NCBI RefSeq assembly: GCF_004010195.1
Contig: NC_057711.1
Location: forward strand, 79,026,500-79,090,499
Direction of reading: 5' to 3'
DNA length: 64,000 bases
Source: Chiloscyllium plagiosum
Taxonomy: Eukaryota
Position numbers and translations under genes: made by a program. The notes under the pieces were generated by a model, which did not search any database, was not told where the DNA came from, and was given only the letters and a program-made list of their open reading frames with translations. Positions 62,232 to 64,000 of this stretch are shown here, piece by piece. Each line of letters begins with the position of its first letter. Within the stretch, counting starts at the first letter, position 1.

Positions 62232-62323
62232 CTGTTAGAATATTCTGGTTTTGCTCATTTTGCAACACCTCTGGTGTCAGAGAAATACATTCTGCAGACT
62301 GCCTCACAGGATCTTTTGCATTA
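62232..62323 (-). other. Candidate 92-nt exon (NAKDPVRQSAECISLTPEVLQNEQNQNILT)
   Basis: ttatctttgcttctgtacag acceptor, CAG|gtgaat donor, one open frame; protein not recognised. Confidence 0.18.
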
Positions 62324-63199
62324 CTGTACAGAAGCAAAGATAAGTTTACATTACTTCAACAAATGTGATGCAATTGTTGTGATTTACAAATGATGAGCTC
62401 CTCGTGAACCACCTCCTTAGAAGAATAGTTCAGTTTAAATTTGGCCAATGACTTAAATCTGCTACTTAAAAAGAAAGACTGCACATCAGTAATTATCCAA
62501 AGCTGCAGGTGCCCAACTGAGTTAGGAAGCTGCCGGAACACTTTCATCACAAACAGTCGCCTGGACTAGTTCTTGAATCTATGTTTCAGTTTGACTGATT
62601 GCTGTTCTTGTTTGAGGACTCCAGTAAGTCTTCTGCAAATAGAAAAATCTTTAAGTTGATAAAATTGAGAAACTGCTAAAGTAGGATTTACTTTGCAGGT
62701 CTAAACTAAACTTATTTAACTTATTTACTGAATATGATTTGATGTTACGACTGGAATATTTTCTTTGCTATTATAATGTCGAAACAAACTGTGAATTACC
62801 TTATTACCAGGGACTATAGCTAGAATGGTAACAAGGTCAATGAAGTCCAATGCTCATTCTAAATGTTATTTAGCATACATTTAACAATAAAATGAAAGAG
62901 AAACACTTTTGATGCTGAAAACTTTGAGAGAAACTGGAAGATAGAGTTCTGGGTTTGCAGTGAACTCAGTGCTGAGTCCAGAGGCTGTAAGGAATCTGAC
63001 TGGAGAATAAAGTTGTTCCTCTAGCTTTCTTTGGACTTAACTGGAACACTGTTGCAGATCTAGGAAGGGAAATGTAAGCATGAGGGCAAGAGAGTCCTTG
63101 TCCTCATAGTCACCAAACTCCATACTGAAAACATCACTCTCTGCTATTTATGCCACCTCCAGCAAGATGCCACCACCAAACCCATCTTCCTCTCCCTCC

Positions 63200-63975
63200 C
63201 ATGTGCTAGGCCCTCTACTTTTTGTCATTTACATAAATGATTTGGATGCGAGCATAAGGGGTACAGTTAGTAAGTTTGCAGATGACACCAAAATTGGAGG
63301 GGTAGTGGACAGTGAAGAGGGTTACCTCGGATTACAACAGGATCTTGACCAGATAGTCCAATGGGCTGAGAAGTGGCAGATGGAGTTTAATTCAGATAAA
63401 TGCGAGGTGCTGCATTTTGGGGAAATAAATCTTAGCAGGACTAATACACTTAATGATAAGGTCCTAGGGAGTGGTGCTGAACAAAGAGACCTTGGAGTGC
63501 AGGTTCATAGCTCCTTGAAAGTGGAGTCGCAAGTAGATAGGATAGTGAAGAGGTCGTTTGGTATGCTTTCCTTTTTTGGTCAGAGTATTGAGTACAGGAG
63601 TTGGGAGGTCATGTTGCGGCTGTACAGGACATTGGTTAGGCCACTGTTGAAATATTGCGTTAGGGTGAGAGGGGAAAGATATAAAAGAGACCTATGGGGC
63701 AACGTTTTCACACAGAGAGTGGTACTGTATGGAATGAGCTGCTAGAGGAAGTGGTGGAGGCTGGTACAAAATGAGCTGCTAGAGGAAGTGGTGGAGGCTG
63801 GTACAATTGCAACATTTAAGAGTCATTTGGATGGGAATATGAATAGGAAGGGTTTGGAGGGATATGGACTGGGTGCTGGCAGGTGGGACTAGATTGGGTT
63901 GGGATATCTGGTCGGCATGGACAGGTTGGACCAAAGGGTCTGTTTCAATGCTGTACATCTCTATGACTATATGAC
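63200..63975 (+). mobile_element. HER1-type CR1 with internal deletion and 37-bp tandem duplication
   Basis: VLGPLLFVIYINDLD..KFADDTKIGG; ctatgact tail. Confidence 0.96.
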
Positions 63976-64000
63976 TGATCCCCCATCATACCCTCGATCA

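Overview
Eukaryotic, AT-rich, repeat-dense DNA, almost certainly from a shark. HE1-type V-SINEs with (AATCT)n tails and HER1-type CR1 LINEs point to an elasmobranch; a bamboo/carpet shark is likely but is my inference. I cannot support any intact host protein-coding gene, so the window reads as a large intron or intergenic region with a few weak exon candidates. It contains about 20 CR1 fragments, L2 and Rex-Babar remnants, six HE1 SINEs and other tRNA-derived SINEs, Gypsy remnants and solo LTRs, and a pogo/Tigger-type MITE. It also contains a spliced Harbinger-type Myb/SANT pseudogene, a near full-length Penelope-like element (RT + GIY-YIG) and two assembly gaps. The most interesting signal is a set of short (90-220 bp) Penelope-derived insertions flanked by target-site duplications (TSDs). 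They carry minimal hammerhead-ribozyme motifs and fold back or end at the ribozyme; one has a compensatory U3-A8 core and one has two tandem ribozymes. Other notable items are an SVA-like head-VNTR-LINE-tail composite, ETS-CRE/GC-box repeats inside the Penelope ORF, and a locally templated inverted duplication. All calls are by eye, and boundaries of degraded repeats are approximate.
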